From positions 747,696-811,695 of the forward strand of contig CP064960.1 in assembly GCA_016699105.1 (NCBI GenBank): 64,000 nucleotides of DNA, given 5' to 3'. Positions 1 through 11,402 of the stretch are shown here, piece by piece. Below the pieces are notes generated by a model that saw only the letters and a program-made list of their open reading frames with translations, did not search any database and was not told where the DNA came from. The position numbers were made by a program, and so were the translations under genes. The stretch comes from a bacterium. GTDB taxonomy: Bacteria > Patescibacteriota > Saccharimonadia > UBA4664. The stretch's first letter is position 1. The number at the start of each line of letters is the position of its first letter.

Positions 1-115
1 TTCTTCAAGCACTATTTAATACGCGAAAATGACGTCGTGTTAGCCCAAAAACGGGTCTTAACACCAATTGATGACTTCCATGCCGGTATTGTGCTGGGCG
101 ACTTGCGGGCTGCGC

Positions 116-138
<23 letters not shown>
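1..138 (+). CDS. 3' end of an unidentified CDS (C-terminal 45 codons, ends TAA 136-138)
   Basis: Open frame from the window edge to TAA. No recognisable domain. It overlaps the gpmA 3' end on the opposite strand. Confidence 0.2.
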
Positions 139-2053
<1,915 letters not shown>

Positions 2054-2068
2054 ACTTCTTAGTTTACG

Positions 2069-2679
2069 CTAGGAGGTTTGGGGCTGTGAAGCCATTTCGG
2101 CTGATTCGGTGGCTGGTTTGGGACTTTTGCGCTTGTGCGTGTATTCCAAATTTTTACGCAAATCAGATACAAACGTCAATAAACTTGGGTCAAATTGTTT
2201 GAGTAATGTTGAGTAACGGAATTGGTTGGGCACGACTACTTTGGCGAGTTTGTTTTCGGCTAGCAAGTAATTGATGAGGCTATAAAAATCACCGTCGCCA
2301 GTCACGATGACGGCCTGGTGATATTTGGGCATTTCAAGATGGCGTGCATCACCATTTCGACATCGACATTGCCCTTGGTCGAGCCATCTTTATAACTGAG
2401 CGTGGGTTTATATATAAGCTCGTAACCAGCTAACTCTAGATGGTGGTACAAATCGGCTTGCTCTTCCATATAGCCGATGAAAATGAGTGCTCGTGACACA
2501 TCATAGGTGTCACGCAAATAAGCCCGGAAGCGGGCAAAGTCGAGTTTCCAACCGAGGTTTTGAATGGATAAATTGAGATTTTGGCTATCAATAAAAGCGA
2601 AATTGGACTGTGTACCAGTGGTCATGAGGCGATCATACCATAAATTATCAATGATGGTTGTGGTTCCAAGAGCACTCAA
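2069..2679 (-). CDS. NYN-domain (LabA-like) protein, frameshifted paralog of 25095..25622
   Basis: The N-terminal half (FAFIDSQNLNLSIQNLGWKLDF...KGNVDVEMV) and the C-terminal half (VIVTGDGDFYSLINYLLAENKL) are in different frames. Both halves match the intact NYN gene at 25095. Confidence 0.6.
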
Positions 2680-2914
2680 GGCACTCTTGGAACGAATGGA
2701 CTTCCCTTACAAACCACACGATATACGCCGGTTGACTGTTCATTTGCCTTTACGTCTAAAGAGCTTGTGAACCGGGTTGAGGCTTAGATCAGGAGGGTAA
2801 ATCCCTTTCCTCATGCGGTCGTGATGCCATAATGCCGGATTTGGAATAGCCAGTCCATGGACAATTCTCCAAAATATGGCATCGTTAATATTGTTAGAAT
2901 GTATTAGAACCGCA

Positions 2915-3364
2915 TTAGGCAGTTTTGGCAAGAACTGGGCGGTCGATTGGCTTGCCGTGGAGGTCTATAACCCTGGTATGAACATGTACCGTGCCCGCAG
3001 CTACTCCCTCAGCCAAAAGCGCTTCGGTGATTACTCGTCGAGCTGTACTGAGATCGTCATGTAATTTTGTGATTTCCGCTTGGCTATTGGCAAACGTAAT
3101 ACCAGCCAATCCATAAGCACCACAACCGAGATGGCTCTCCAAATAAATGTCTGTAATTTGATTGATTTTATGAGCCGCTACAACTTGTTTGAGGGCAACG
3201 TGCTTGTCGGGTTCGAAACTAAAAGCGCCCCCACCTCCTGCCAGTGCAGCATGAAAGGCGCCTCCGGGAAGTGAGCGGATGATGTTTTCGATCTGATTAC
3301 GCAATCTTTCCTCCCTACAGGTGAACACGATGGCTTTAGCGGTGTGCTTAGGTATAGCGGACAT
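2915..3364 (-). CDS. beta-class carbonic anhydrase-like protein
   Basis: VFTCREERL matches the CxDxR motif with D replaced by E. ESHLGCGAYG matches the HxxCG zinc-ligand motif. It is 149 aa, shorter than typical beta-CA. Confidence 0.45.
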   Translation of the reverse strand: MSAIPKHTAKAIVFTCREERLRNQIENIIRSLPGGAFHAALAGGGGAFSFEPDKHVALKQVVAAHKINQITDIYLESHLGCGAYGLAGITFANSQAEITKLHDDLSTARRVITEALLAEGVAAGTVHVHTRVIDLHGKPIDRPVLAKTA

Positions 3365-3451
3365 TGATATCAGGACTCCTCAAATTCGTCGGTTTTTGAC
3401 AGACAATTATTACAAAACCACGGATTATTGTAGCACGACTCTTAGTCTCAT

Positions 3452-5014
3452 TTATAGTTCGTCTTGTTTGTCGCGTAAAAATCGCAACCATTGCCGAGCC
3501 AGGCGGATAACGGTCTTAAATGGCAGTTCGATGGCTAGATCGAGGATAAGAGTCACAAGATTGGCCCGGGAATAACGATCGGATATCCAATGACCAATGG
3601 CAATAAATGGAGCTGATAGAAAATCAATTAAGCCTTGGACAAGACCTTGATTGCGATCCAATATTTGGAGCTCGGCTGATGTCCGGCGTATGCGCCAGGC
3701 GAGAAAACTGACGGCTGAAAAGAAGAAAAAGAAGATTCCACCGTTTATGGTATTGAACCCAAGCTGATATAAAGTCCAGACCATGAGTGATAATGATCCA
3801 ATGAAGCCGATTGCATAGATTGTGTTAAATGAGGCTGACAACCCGGGTGTAAATCGACGTTTACGGGGTGCATAGCGCAAAGCTTCGATGGGCCCGGCGT
3901 ATAACTGTCGGTCGATATAACTACTGATAACTTCGGTATTGCGGTCGCTTGGTGGTGTAATGGTTAAACTAAGAGTTGCCATATATAGCGGCGGAAATAA
4001 GATATTGATGATGAGTGGGTTCCATAATATATGTCCATATATGGCTATATCATAGGGTACTTCGATAGCGATACCGATCAAGGTTTTGGTAATTAGAATG
4101 AATAAAATTGACCGAATTATGCGAGTAGAAATTTGTTTTTGATTGTGAGCATAGGCCTCGGCACAAATCATTTTGACTTTGCTTAACGTCGATTGGCGGT
4201 TGGAGAGTAAATTGACGACTGCCGTAGTCTCGAGGACTAGCCGGTACAGTATTCGCATAGGTGCACCATACCGGTTGATGAGATTTGATAATTTATTAGT
4301 TAAGGGATGCTGATAATACTCATCAATGAGCTGGCACAATTGGACGAGTGTTTGGGCTTGGGTTGGCACTGGTTGCCTTAGTGCCGTTCTGATCAAATAG
4401 TACCGCGTGGTCGTAATGTCAGATTTAAATATTGTTCGTTGAATAGCACAGGTCAGGGCAACGCGATAGATATGGTCCGCTATATCTGATGTGGTGGCCG
4501 TCTGGTCTATGCTTATCAGATAGTGCTCATATGCGAACTGCATTACAGCGGGCGTACGGGAATCTGGCGCCAATGTAGCTTCTATATTCACCGCCATGTA
4601 CTGACGCAGCCAATTCGTGACTGTCAAACTATCGGCATATTGAATAGACTGTGCCAGTATATGACTGATTTGAAGCGCTAGCTGATCAATTTGGTTGGCG
4701 GTACCACGGGTAATACTATCGTTGGCGAGGTAGCCAGCTTGAGTCAGTTCGACAATGAGATCTTGGGCATATGGTTCGGGATTATCGATTTGGACATAGC
4801 GGCTTAAGTAGCGCGCAATTGCACCTCGAAGCAAAAGATGATGCTCACGGTATTCGGCAATATTTCGGAGCTGTTCGTAGGCCAAGTAAAAGCCGGCGCC
4901 GATATCTGAAACGTGTATCAGTTGGGCGTCGGTGCCTGGTTCCGGCGGCGGTGCCGGAGTATTCAAATTGATGATGAGCCGCTCGGTGCTGGCAAGCAGG
5001 GTGGTATCGGCCAT
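3452..5014 (-). CDS. hypothetical polytopic membrane protein (start uncertain)
   Basis: The C-terminal half has several predicted TM helices (ILFILITKTLIGIAI, IYAIGFIGSLSLMVWTLY, GGIFFFFFSAVSFLAW). The 671-aa ORF extends over apbE on the opposite strand, so its N-terminal 150 aa are probably not coding. Confidence 0.4.
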   Translation of the reverse strand: MADTTLLASTERLIINLNTPAPPPEPGTDAQLIHVSDIGAGFYLAYEQLRNIAEYREHHLLLRGAIARYLSRYVQIDNPEPYAQDLIVELTQAGYLANDSITRGTANQIDQLALQISHILAQSIQYADSLTVTNWLRQYMAVNIEATLAPDSRTPAVMQFAYEHYLISIDQTATTSDIADHIYRVALTCAIQRTIFKSDITTTRYYLIRTALRQPVPTQAQTLVQLCQLIDEYYQHPLTNKLSNLINRYGAPMRILYRLVLETTAVVNLLSNRQSTLSKVKMICAEAYAHNQKQISTRIIRSILFILITKTLIGIAIEVPYDIAIYGHILWNPLIINILFPPLYMATLSLTITPPSDRNTEVISSYIDRQLYAGPIEALRYAPRKRRFTPGLSASFNTIYAIGFIGSLSLMVWTLYQLGFNTINGGIFFFFFSAVSFLAWRIRRTSAELQILDRNQGLVQGLIDFLSAPFIAIGHWISDRYSRANLVTLILDLAIELPFKTVIRLARQWLRFLRDKQDEL

Positions 5015-5788
5015 GCAGCTCATTATAATAGATAGTATGAAGCGCCGGGAAGTCAGTATTATGGGTATGCCAATTGTTGCCATGGTTGATGGCCCCGGGC
5101 GAAGGCACATATTGCGGCGGTGTTTGCTTTGCTGAGAGCGGTGGACGAGCGATTTAGTACGTATAAAAGCACCAGTGAAATCTCGGCAATTAATCGGGGT
5201 GAGGTATCCCCAGAGAACTACAGCCAACCAATGACTGAAGTATTTGAATTGTGTGCGAGTGCAAAACAGGCTACTGCCGGCTATTTTGATATTACCCGGC
5301 CTGATGGACAAATAGATCCATCGGGCTTGGTGAAAGGTTGGGCTATCGAAAAAGCCGCCAAACTGCTCGATGATAGAGGTGTCACCGATTATTTTCTCGA
5401 TGTTGGTGGTGATATTATGACTCGTGGCGGTCGCGATGGTCGTCCGTGGTGGGTGGGCGTCCGGCATCCGTTACAGCGTGACCAAAATGTGAAGCGGTTA
5501 GCCTTGTCGGGAATTGGCATTGCCACATCTGGCACCGCAGAGCGGGGTGAGCATATTTATGACCCTTTAACCGGTCGGGCGCCGATTGGTATGCAATCGG
5601 TGACCGTGCTGGGTCCAAGTGTGATGGTAGCAGATGTTTACGCTACAACCTTATTTGCTATGGGAGTCGAGCGCGGCCTGGAATTTATCACCCGTCAAGA
5701 TGGCTATGAGGCATTTATCATCACAAATGATTGGAATGGCTTGTTAACACCCGGCTTCGACCGTTATAGTGTGGATTATGAACCATGA
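5013..5788 (+). CDS. apbE: FAD:protein FMN transferase ApbE (apparent frameshift near 5093-5110)
   Basis: The N-terminus (REVSIMGMPIVAMVDGPG) is in one frame. The remainder (AVFALLRAVDERFSTYKSTSEISAINRG...GLVKGWAIEKAA...DVGGDI...TSGTAERG) is in another. The junction lies at the C4G3 run ggccccggg. Confidence 0.7.
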
Positions 5789-6752
5789 GCAATTTGCCGG
5801 AAATGCACAGCCGGCACCCACAGGGCCGTTAAGTACAATTCCTGGCATGACTTACGTCAGTCCGCTTCCGCCGACACGTCCAGTATCAAAGTTGCCTTTG
5901 GCCTTGGGGCTTGTGGCATTGGTATTCGCGGTTGTTGCCGGTACGGCGCTGGTGATGCGACTGACGGCTCAAACTGGTCTCACCAATGCCGATATATTGC
6001 TGTCTGCAGTTGAAAATAATCTTGGTACAACATCGTTTCGCCAAGACATGTCGTATGCGAATGGCAGTTATACTTTGCTAGCCGATGTGTCTGCGATTAC
6101 AAATCCACGATTGAGTGGTTACAAGGTAACTACTACATCAGGTCGTGCGAGCCAAGTATCGTCTTATGCCGATAACCGGAACTCCTATTTGAAATACGTG
6201 AAAGCAGATCCGGGATTAATTCCGGTAAATGCGATAAATCAATGGGTGTCATTCCAGCAAAATGGTGTCTCACCAACTACAGCACTAGAACAATTACGTC
6301 AATTGACTGAACCTGCATATCAGCTCTTGCGGCCATTTATGATAGGCCAGTTTAGCGAAAATCAACGTCAAGAATTGGTGAAGCAATGGACAACCAATCC
6401 GGTATTAACATTTGACGACAAAGCCGTGAAAACAGCTTCGGTTGAAGGTAAAGACGTTTTGGTATATGCGGTTACGTTTAACACTGCAAACTTGAAAGCA
6501 TATGCGCGGGTAGCCGCGGGGTATCAAGGTGTCTCGGATATTGCGCTCAATCGTGCGTTAGCTGATTTGGAATTGTATTCTACAAATACCTTGTATGTTG
6601 ATCCGATAGCCAAGCGAATTATTAAAATTGAGTTTGGATCGTCAACTGGAACCGTTACAACAATATTTAGTGGCTTCAACACAACACCAGTGGCAAATGA
6701 GCCAAAACCGACTTATCAATATAGTGAGTTGTCTCCAGCTCCCCGTATCTAG
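5778..6752 (+). CDS. hypothetical membrane-anchored protein
   Basis: A single N-terminal TM (LPLALGLVALVFAVVAGTALVM) is followed by a domain of about 260 aa with no recognised motif. Confidence 0.4.
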   Translation: MNHEQFAGNAQPAPTGPLSTIPGMTYVSPLPPTRPVSKLPLALGLVALVFAVVAGTALVMRLTAQTGLTNADILLSAVENNLGTTSFRQDMSYANGSYTLLADVSAITNPRLSGYKVTTTSGRASQVSSYADNRNSYLKYVKADPGLIPVNAINQWVSFQQNGVSPTTALEQLRQLTEPAYQLLRPFMIGQFSENQRQELVKQWTTNPVLTFDDKAVKTASVEGKDVLVYAVTFNTANLKAYARVAAGYQGVSDIALNRALADLELYSTNTLYVDPIAKRIIKIEFGSSTGTVTTIFSGFNTTPVANEPKPTYQYSELSPAPRI

Positions 6753-6839
6753 TCTAGCCGGTGAGAATGCCGCCCGGAACCAGGAAGTTGATAATCGCAA
6801 AAGCCATTAAGAATAGAACTAATGCAACAATAGCGTTGG

Positions 6840-7409
6840 TTAGGCGATTTTGGCTGCTTGCACGCGACTAGGATTGCCGGTCGATAGAATGTACTGAATG
6901 CCTGATATTACGATCATTAACACAATAACACCGCCGATACTGCCTGAAAGGAGTTTGGCCATTTCTTTGATATAAACCAGAATTACTCCCCCGTTAGCTT
7001 CGTCGCCGCAGTATTTCTTCTCCGTACCAGATATTGGTAACGCGACCGTAACGCAATTATCGCCACTACCTTCTATAAATGGATTGTCTGCCGCTGGTGC
7101 TGGTGGGATATAGTCGGGATCATCTTCAATGCGGGTACCACTGTGTTCGCCTGCAGGGGGAGTGATTGTTGATGTTGGCGGTTGTTCTTCGGTTGCACCA
7201 CCGGCTGTTTCAGCACTCACAGTATCAACTGGACCAAGAGCAAAAACGATAGCTTGTGTAAGAATATCTTGAACTAAGTTTGATTCATCGGTGGCTACTT
7301 GGTGACTAGTTGAGTTAATGGCATCTGAGACGAAGCCATGGTTATATCCGAGTCCAATTGTTGCCAGAGCAGTAATGGATCCTGTCGTAAGAGTGCTAGG
7401 TCGTTTCAT
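6840..7409 (-). CDS. secreted pilin-like protein (VirB2/TrbC-like C-terminus)
   Basis: Signal peptide, then an N-domain (ILTQAIVFALGPVDTVSAETAG) similar to the next two genes, then an acidic/Pro linker, then a C-terminal hydrophobic segment (LSGSIGGVIVLMIVISGIQYILSTGNPSRVQAAK). Confidence 0.5.
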   Translation of the reverse strand: MKRPSTLTTGSITALATIGLGYNHGFVSDAINSTSHQVATDESNLVQDILTQAIVFALGPVDTVSAETAGGATEEQPPTSTITPPAGEHSGTRIEDDPDYIPPAPAADNPFIEGSGDNCVTVALPISGTEKKYCGDEANGGVILVYIKEMAKLLSGSIGGVIVLMIVISGIQYILSTGNPSRVQAAKIA

Positions 7410-7438
7410 GGATATATTCTATCATGCTTATGGTTTAT

Positions 7439-8293
7439 TTAGGCGCCTAAGATCAGTCGAATAAACCAAACGGAAGCTAATCCAAAGGCAAGCCCGGCGA
7501 TAGCATAGATGAAGACTTTTTGGGCTGATGCTCTGATCGGTTTCGCAGTATTGGCATTAAATAGTCGTAACCCACTGAAGATAGCCAGTATTATAGACAT
7601 GAGAATGATGCCGCCAGCTATGCCGGTGCTTGCATGTTGTACGAGGGCTGCCTTGTCGGCGTCGACCGTGATTGGGTTTTCGACGGGAGCTGGAGTTGGA
7701 GTAAGCTCATCGGTAGTCGGTTCGGTTGTAGTCTGTGGTTGATTATCTTCTGGCACTGTTGTGGGCTGAGCGGTGGGTGATTCGACCGGTGTACCAGCTA
7801 GTGGCGATGGCGTGACGGTAGTATGACCCGGGATGGGAGTAGGTGTTGATACTGGAGTTGGTGCTGGAGTTTGACCAGGCTTAGGAGTCGGTGTAATAGT
7901 TGGTTTAGGTGTAGGTGTTGCTGGCTTTGGAGTTGGTGTGGCTGGTTTAGGTGTGGGCGTGACTGGCTTGGGCGTGGGGGTGCGGGTAGGTACAGGAGTA
8001 GGTGTCAGACAACCAGGACCCTTATAGCCGCCGGTACATGCAGTAATAGCACTAGCGGTGTCTGTATCGCCAAGCACAATCGTAACTGCTTGTTTGATAG
8101 CTTGTGATAGATTTGTGGCAATATTTTTCGGTATAGACGCCATCGACTGTTGGCCAGACTCTGGGGGTGCGTCGGCGAGTGTTCGAATAAGCGGTAAGCT
8201 ACCAAGTGCGAGAGCACCAAGTCCAACACGCTTGAGATTTTGGCGACTTTTCGGTTTCAGGAAAGATTGAAATTTAGTTTTTTTATGTTTCAT
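7439..8293 (-). CDS. pilin-like protein with Pro/Thr-rich tandem repeats (VirB2/TrbC-like)
   Basis: Signal peptide; N-domain AITACTGGYKGPGC; (TPTPKPA)n linker; two C-terminal TM helices separated by a short polar loop (LRLFNANTAKPIRASAQK). The start is set at the Met that begins the signal peptide (MKHKKTKF...). Confidence 0.55.
   Translation of the reverse strand: MKHKKTKFQSFLKPKSRQNLKRVGLGALALGSLPLIRTLADAPPESGQQSMASIPKNIATNLSQAIKQAVTIVLGDTDTASAITACTGGYKGPGCLTPTPVPTRTPTPKPVTPTPKPATPTPKPATPTPKPTITPTPKPGQTPAPTPVSTPTPIPGHTTVTPSPLAGTPVESPTAQPTTVPEDNQPQTTTEPTTDELTPTPAPVENPITVDADKAALVQHASTGIAGGIILMSIILAIFSGLRLFNANTAKPIRASAQKVFIYAIAGLAFGLASVWFIRLILGA
7868..7972 (-). repeat. in-frame tandem 21-nt repeats encoding TPTPKPA x5
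   Basis: Repeating ggtgtRggtgtt/ggctggtttagg units are visible in the sequence. Confidence 0.7.
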
Positions 8294-8300
8294 ATCATAA

Positions 8301-9044
8301 TTACCCAGATTTACTAAGTGCCGATAAGAGAAAACTGATAATGGCAAACGATACTACGGCTACTACTATACCGACGACAGAGTATAAGATGGTATTCTTG
8401 GCTTGTTCAACGGCTGATTTGTCACCTTGGGAAATAACATACCGCATTCCACCGATGATCAAGAAAACAACCGCTACAGCACCTATGAGAAATATGAGCG
8501 TATTAGCAATGGTTTGAAAGATGCCGCCTTCGCCAAACAAGTTTGAACTGGTACCATTGGCTTGGCTACAATTGGCACCGACTGATAAAGGATTACTTGT
8601 AATATCAGACACATCGCAGTTAGCGTTGCCTGATCCTCCACCCACCGCTCCTCCGCCGGTGCCACCACCACCTGGCACCGTGGTGGGTCGTGGAGTTGGT
8701 GTGGGTGTTACTGGTCGGGGTGAAGGAGTGGGCGTCACTGGTCTCGGGGTAGGAGTGGGCGTGACTGGTCGCGGTGTAGGTACCGGTGTAGGGGTCGTAC
8801 ATCCAGGTCCAGGATACCCGCCTGTACATGGGGTAATGGCACTGGCAGTATCAGTATTACCGCTAACTACGTTGATTGTCTGATGGATAACTTGTGATAG
8901 TACGTCATTTCGTGCTGAATTGGCAGTATCAACTGCCGTATTTGGTTCTTGTACCGGTAGCTGTGATAAAGAAGCAGCTTTAATGACCGGAAAGCCGGTA
9001 AGTGCCAGGACACCAAGCGTCGTTCGGCGCAGGGTATGGTTCAT
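8301..9044 (-). CDS. pilin-like protein with Pro/Thr-rich repeats (VirB2/TrbC-like)
   Basis: Signal peptide; N-domain NTDTASAITPCTGGYPGPGC; (PTPRPVTPT)n linker; Gly-rich stretch; two TM helices flanking MRYVISQGDKSAVEQAKNT. Confidence 0.55.
   Translation of the reverse strand: MNHTLRRTTLGVLALTGFPVIKAASLSQLPVQEPNTAVDTANSARNDVLSQVIHQTINVVSGNTDTASAITPCTGGYPGPGCTTPTPVPTPRPVTPTPTPRPVTPTPSPRPVTPTPTPRPTTVPGGGGTGGGAVGGGSGNANCDVSDITSNPLSVGANCSQANGTSSNLFGEGGIFQTIANTLIFLIGAVAVVFLIIGGMRYVISQGDKSAVEQAKNTILYSVVGIVVAVVSFAIISFLLSALSKSG
8685..8795 (-). repeat. in-frame tandem 27-nt repeats encoding TPTPRPVTP x4
   Basis: Repeating ggtcgYggWgtWggtgtgggYgtYact units are visible. Confidence 0.7.
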
Positions 9045-9088
9045 GTGTTTAATATTAACACGCTTACGCTTGCAAGTACTATGGTGTT

Positions 9089-10144
9089 TTATTGCTTCGT
9101 GAGTACGTCGAATCGTTTTGAAAATGGAATGTACAGTGAAAATTGATTGTCGGCGTCGGTTTTGAAAGTCTTAGTCAACGGCGAATAGGTTGAAACATTG
9201 AGTACTGACTTGTCGATATCAAATTCGAGCAGTCGCAAATAGGCTTCACCACCCAGCTTAAATTCTTGATAATTGGATAACATTTGGTGGAGCGGATAGC
9301 CATTGACGATATCAGTGCGACGAGCGGCACCAGCACTCGACCAAATATCATGTCCGCTTAAAAACATCAGTACATTATCATGTTGTCCGGGCGCAATTAC
9401 CTTATCCCAGATGTCGGTTGCTGCGTTTTGACCGGGACCTGCCCAAACCTGACAACTGTGGCTAGCCGTTTCGCGATCACCACTAGCACTCGTAAACGAG
9501 TGCGTCGTTATAATTGCGCCGTAATTTGCGAATTTTGTCAGCGTTTGGTCGAGCCAAGCGACAGTATCGTCAGTTGGGCAAAACTCTAAGTTGATGCCAA
9601 TAAACTGTTTGCCAGCCGCCGAAAATAGCCGGTAGGTGTTATTAGGCCCGTGGCTGCCAAAAGGGGCAACTGCTGCTTGGTCAAAGCCAAACCGCGCCGT
9701 CGCTGGATTGCGCAGTCGTTCGAGCGGGAAATACTGCTGAAAATAGGGTGACGTGCCATCAGGAGCGATATCATGGTTGCCTGGTGCTATGCCGTAGGGT
9801 AAGTGGCCATCGAGACTCGTGAAAGCTATGTCGGCTGCCCGCCATTGAGTTTGATTGTCCCAGTTTTCGACGATATCTCCTGTCTGCGTGACGAAGACGA
9901 TGTTTTGCGATTGGGATACACTAGCTACCCAATCGGTCTGCAGCTTGAGTAGCCATGGAAAATGTTGAGCATAGTGTTGGGTGTCAGGTAAGACAACTAT
10001 TTTGAAGGGTGCATTCGGAACGACGGTCTGGCCAGAAGCTGGTGGTTGAATTGAGCTGGGCATACTCAAACTAACGATGATAGCTATAAGCATCACATCG
10101 AGCCGGATAACTCGGAACATAGAATTAATTCGATGAGCCCCCAT
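9089..10144 (-). CDS. secreted calcineurin-like metallophosphoesterase
   Basis: Signal peptide; VLPDTQH, GDIVEN and GNHD motifs. Confidence 0.7.
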   Translation of the reverse strand: MGAHRINSMFRVIRLDVMLIAIIVSLSMPSSIQPPASGQTVVPNAPFKIVVLPDTQHYAQHFPWLLKLQTDWVASVSQSQNIVFVTQTGDIVENWDNQTQWRAADIAFTSLDGHLPYGIAPGNHDIAPDGTSPYFQQYFPLERLRNPATARFGFDQAAVAPFGSHGPNNTYRLFSAAGKQFIGINLEFCPTDDTVAWLDQTLTKFANYGAIITTHSFTSASGDRETASHSCQVWAGPGQNAATDIWDKVIAPGQHDNVLMFLSGHDIWSSAGAARRTDIVNGYPLHQMLSNYQEFKLGGEAYLRLLEFDIDKSVLNVSTYSPLTKTFKTDADNQFSLYIPFSKRFDVLTKQ

Positions 10145-10197
10145 GGCGTTATGTTAGCATGCAATGCTTGATAGTTACATCAAGAACACGGCACAAT

Positions 10198-10619
10198 TTA
10201 GGCTTGCGGACCGCCAGCAGCTTGCCAATCGGTGAAGGCGCCTAGATTGGTGACGTCGGTATACCCATTGGACTTGAGAATGCCCATGACGATGCCAGCC
10301 CGGCGGCCACTGTGGCAATAAAGATAGATTTTGCTGTCTTTGGGCAGATCTGGAAGCTTTCCAGCTTCGACGTCGACACTATCTAGATTAAGCGCGTCTT
10401 TGGCGTGTCCGACGTTAAATTCAGCTGGAGTACGGACATCTATGAGGACAGCGCGGCTAGCGGCCACATCGGTAATGGCGGTTTTCATTTGGCTCAAGGC
10501 CGATGACGTGCTGTCGCCTTTGACGGTTGGTTGAGAGGCTGGATGATTGATCTGATAAATGCCGGCGGCTCCCCGACAATTGCTATGGCTACGAGTCCGT
10601 ATAGAATGATTTTATTCAC
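10198..10619 (-). CDS. exported rhodanese-domain sulfurtransferase (apparent frameshift in the signal peptide)
   Basis: Rhodanese fold with the active-site motif CHSGRRAG. The upstream frame encodes MNKIILYGLVAIAIVG, which fuses to the rhodanese frame if the C4 run at 10571-10574 is one base longer. A GAGGG RBS lies 6 nt before the GTG. Confidence 0.6.
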
Positions 10620-10638
10620 GATATTCCCTCTAAAATTG

Positions 10639-10908
10639 TTAAGCTAAATACTTGGCTTTGACTTGGTCTTTATTGATGCCATTTATCAGATTAGTGAATC
10701 CTTGTTGGTGCAATATGTTGATGGCTGCAGCTGAGCGGCTGCCCGATAGGCAATACAATATGAGCTCGGTATCTTTGGCAATGGATTTTAGCTCAGCGGC
10801 ACCGGCCATCAGTTTGGCTGGCGGAATATTGATGGCCCCTTTGACGTGACCAAACATAAATTCCATGGGTTCGCGGACATCGATGATCAGGCGGTTGTGT
10901 TCAGTCAT
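10639..10908 (-). CDS. single-domain rhodanese sulfurtransferase
   Basis: IDVREPMEF...CLSGSRS matches the rhodanese fold. Confidence 0.7.
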   Translation of the reverse strand: MTEHNRLIIDVREPMEFMFGHVKGAINIPPAKLMAGAAELKSIAKDTELILYCLSGSRSAAAINILHQQGFTNLINGINKDQVKAKYLA

Positions 10909-10991
10909 AGTTCTCCTCTGAAGTAGTTACCACTTTATGTTAATGTAAATCATTTACAATAACAAGTGTTTCGGTCTATACTATTGGGTAG

Positions 10992-11402
10992 ATGAATATT
11001 GAGACTAATTTTCGCCAATCTAAATATTGCACGGCCATTGAAAATGCTATGCAAACTTTGGGTCATGCCACCAATCTCGAACTTCTCGCGGTGTTACGTG
11101 AGCAGTTTCCAGATGTTAGCGCTACGACCGTTCATCGGGCAACGGCTCGATTAGCCCAGCGCGGGCAGCTTGGGCTCGCGCCGGCGGGGAGAGATGGCTC
11201 GATGCGCTATGACGCGAATGTGGTGCCGCATGATCATTTTCAGTGCCAGCGCTGTTTTATGTTGCGTGATGCTGATATTCGCGATGTGGTAGTTCCGGTT
11301 ATTCAGGTGGCTATTGCCGATTGCGAGATTGGTGGTCGGTTGGTTATTTCTGGGCTGTGCAAAATATGTAAAACTTTTGTGAAGGAGGAAGTTGGTGACT
11401 GA
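10992..11402 (+). CDS. Fur-family transcriptional regulator (PerR/Zur-like)
   Basis: HDHFQCQRC...GLCKIC metal-binding motifs; winged-helix N-terminus. Confidence 0.75.
   Translation: MNIETNFRQSKYCTAIENAMQTLGHATNLELLAVLREQFPDVSATTVHRATARLAQRGQLGLAPAGRDGSMRYDANVVPHDHFQCQRCFMLRDADIRDVVVPVIQVAIADCEIGGRLVISGLCKICKTFVKEEVGD

Noticed and set aside
3452-5467. 671-aa ORF taken at face value
   Set aside because: Its first 150 codons run antisense through apbE and have no membrane-protein character. The real gene probably starts near 5014 or later.
7860-8800. Short tandem DNA repeats, considered as a possible CRISPR array
   Set aside because: The repeats are contiguous 21- and 27-nt in-frame units encoding Pro/Thr linkers inside the pilin-like genes. 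There are no spacers and no cas genes.
8521-8883. Plus-strand ORFs 8521..8883 and 7871..8107 (Gly/Val/Trp-rich)
   Set aside because: These are mirror-frame artefacts of the Pro/Thr repeat DNA on the coding minus strand.
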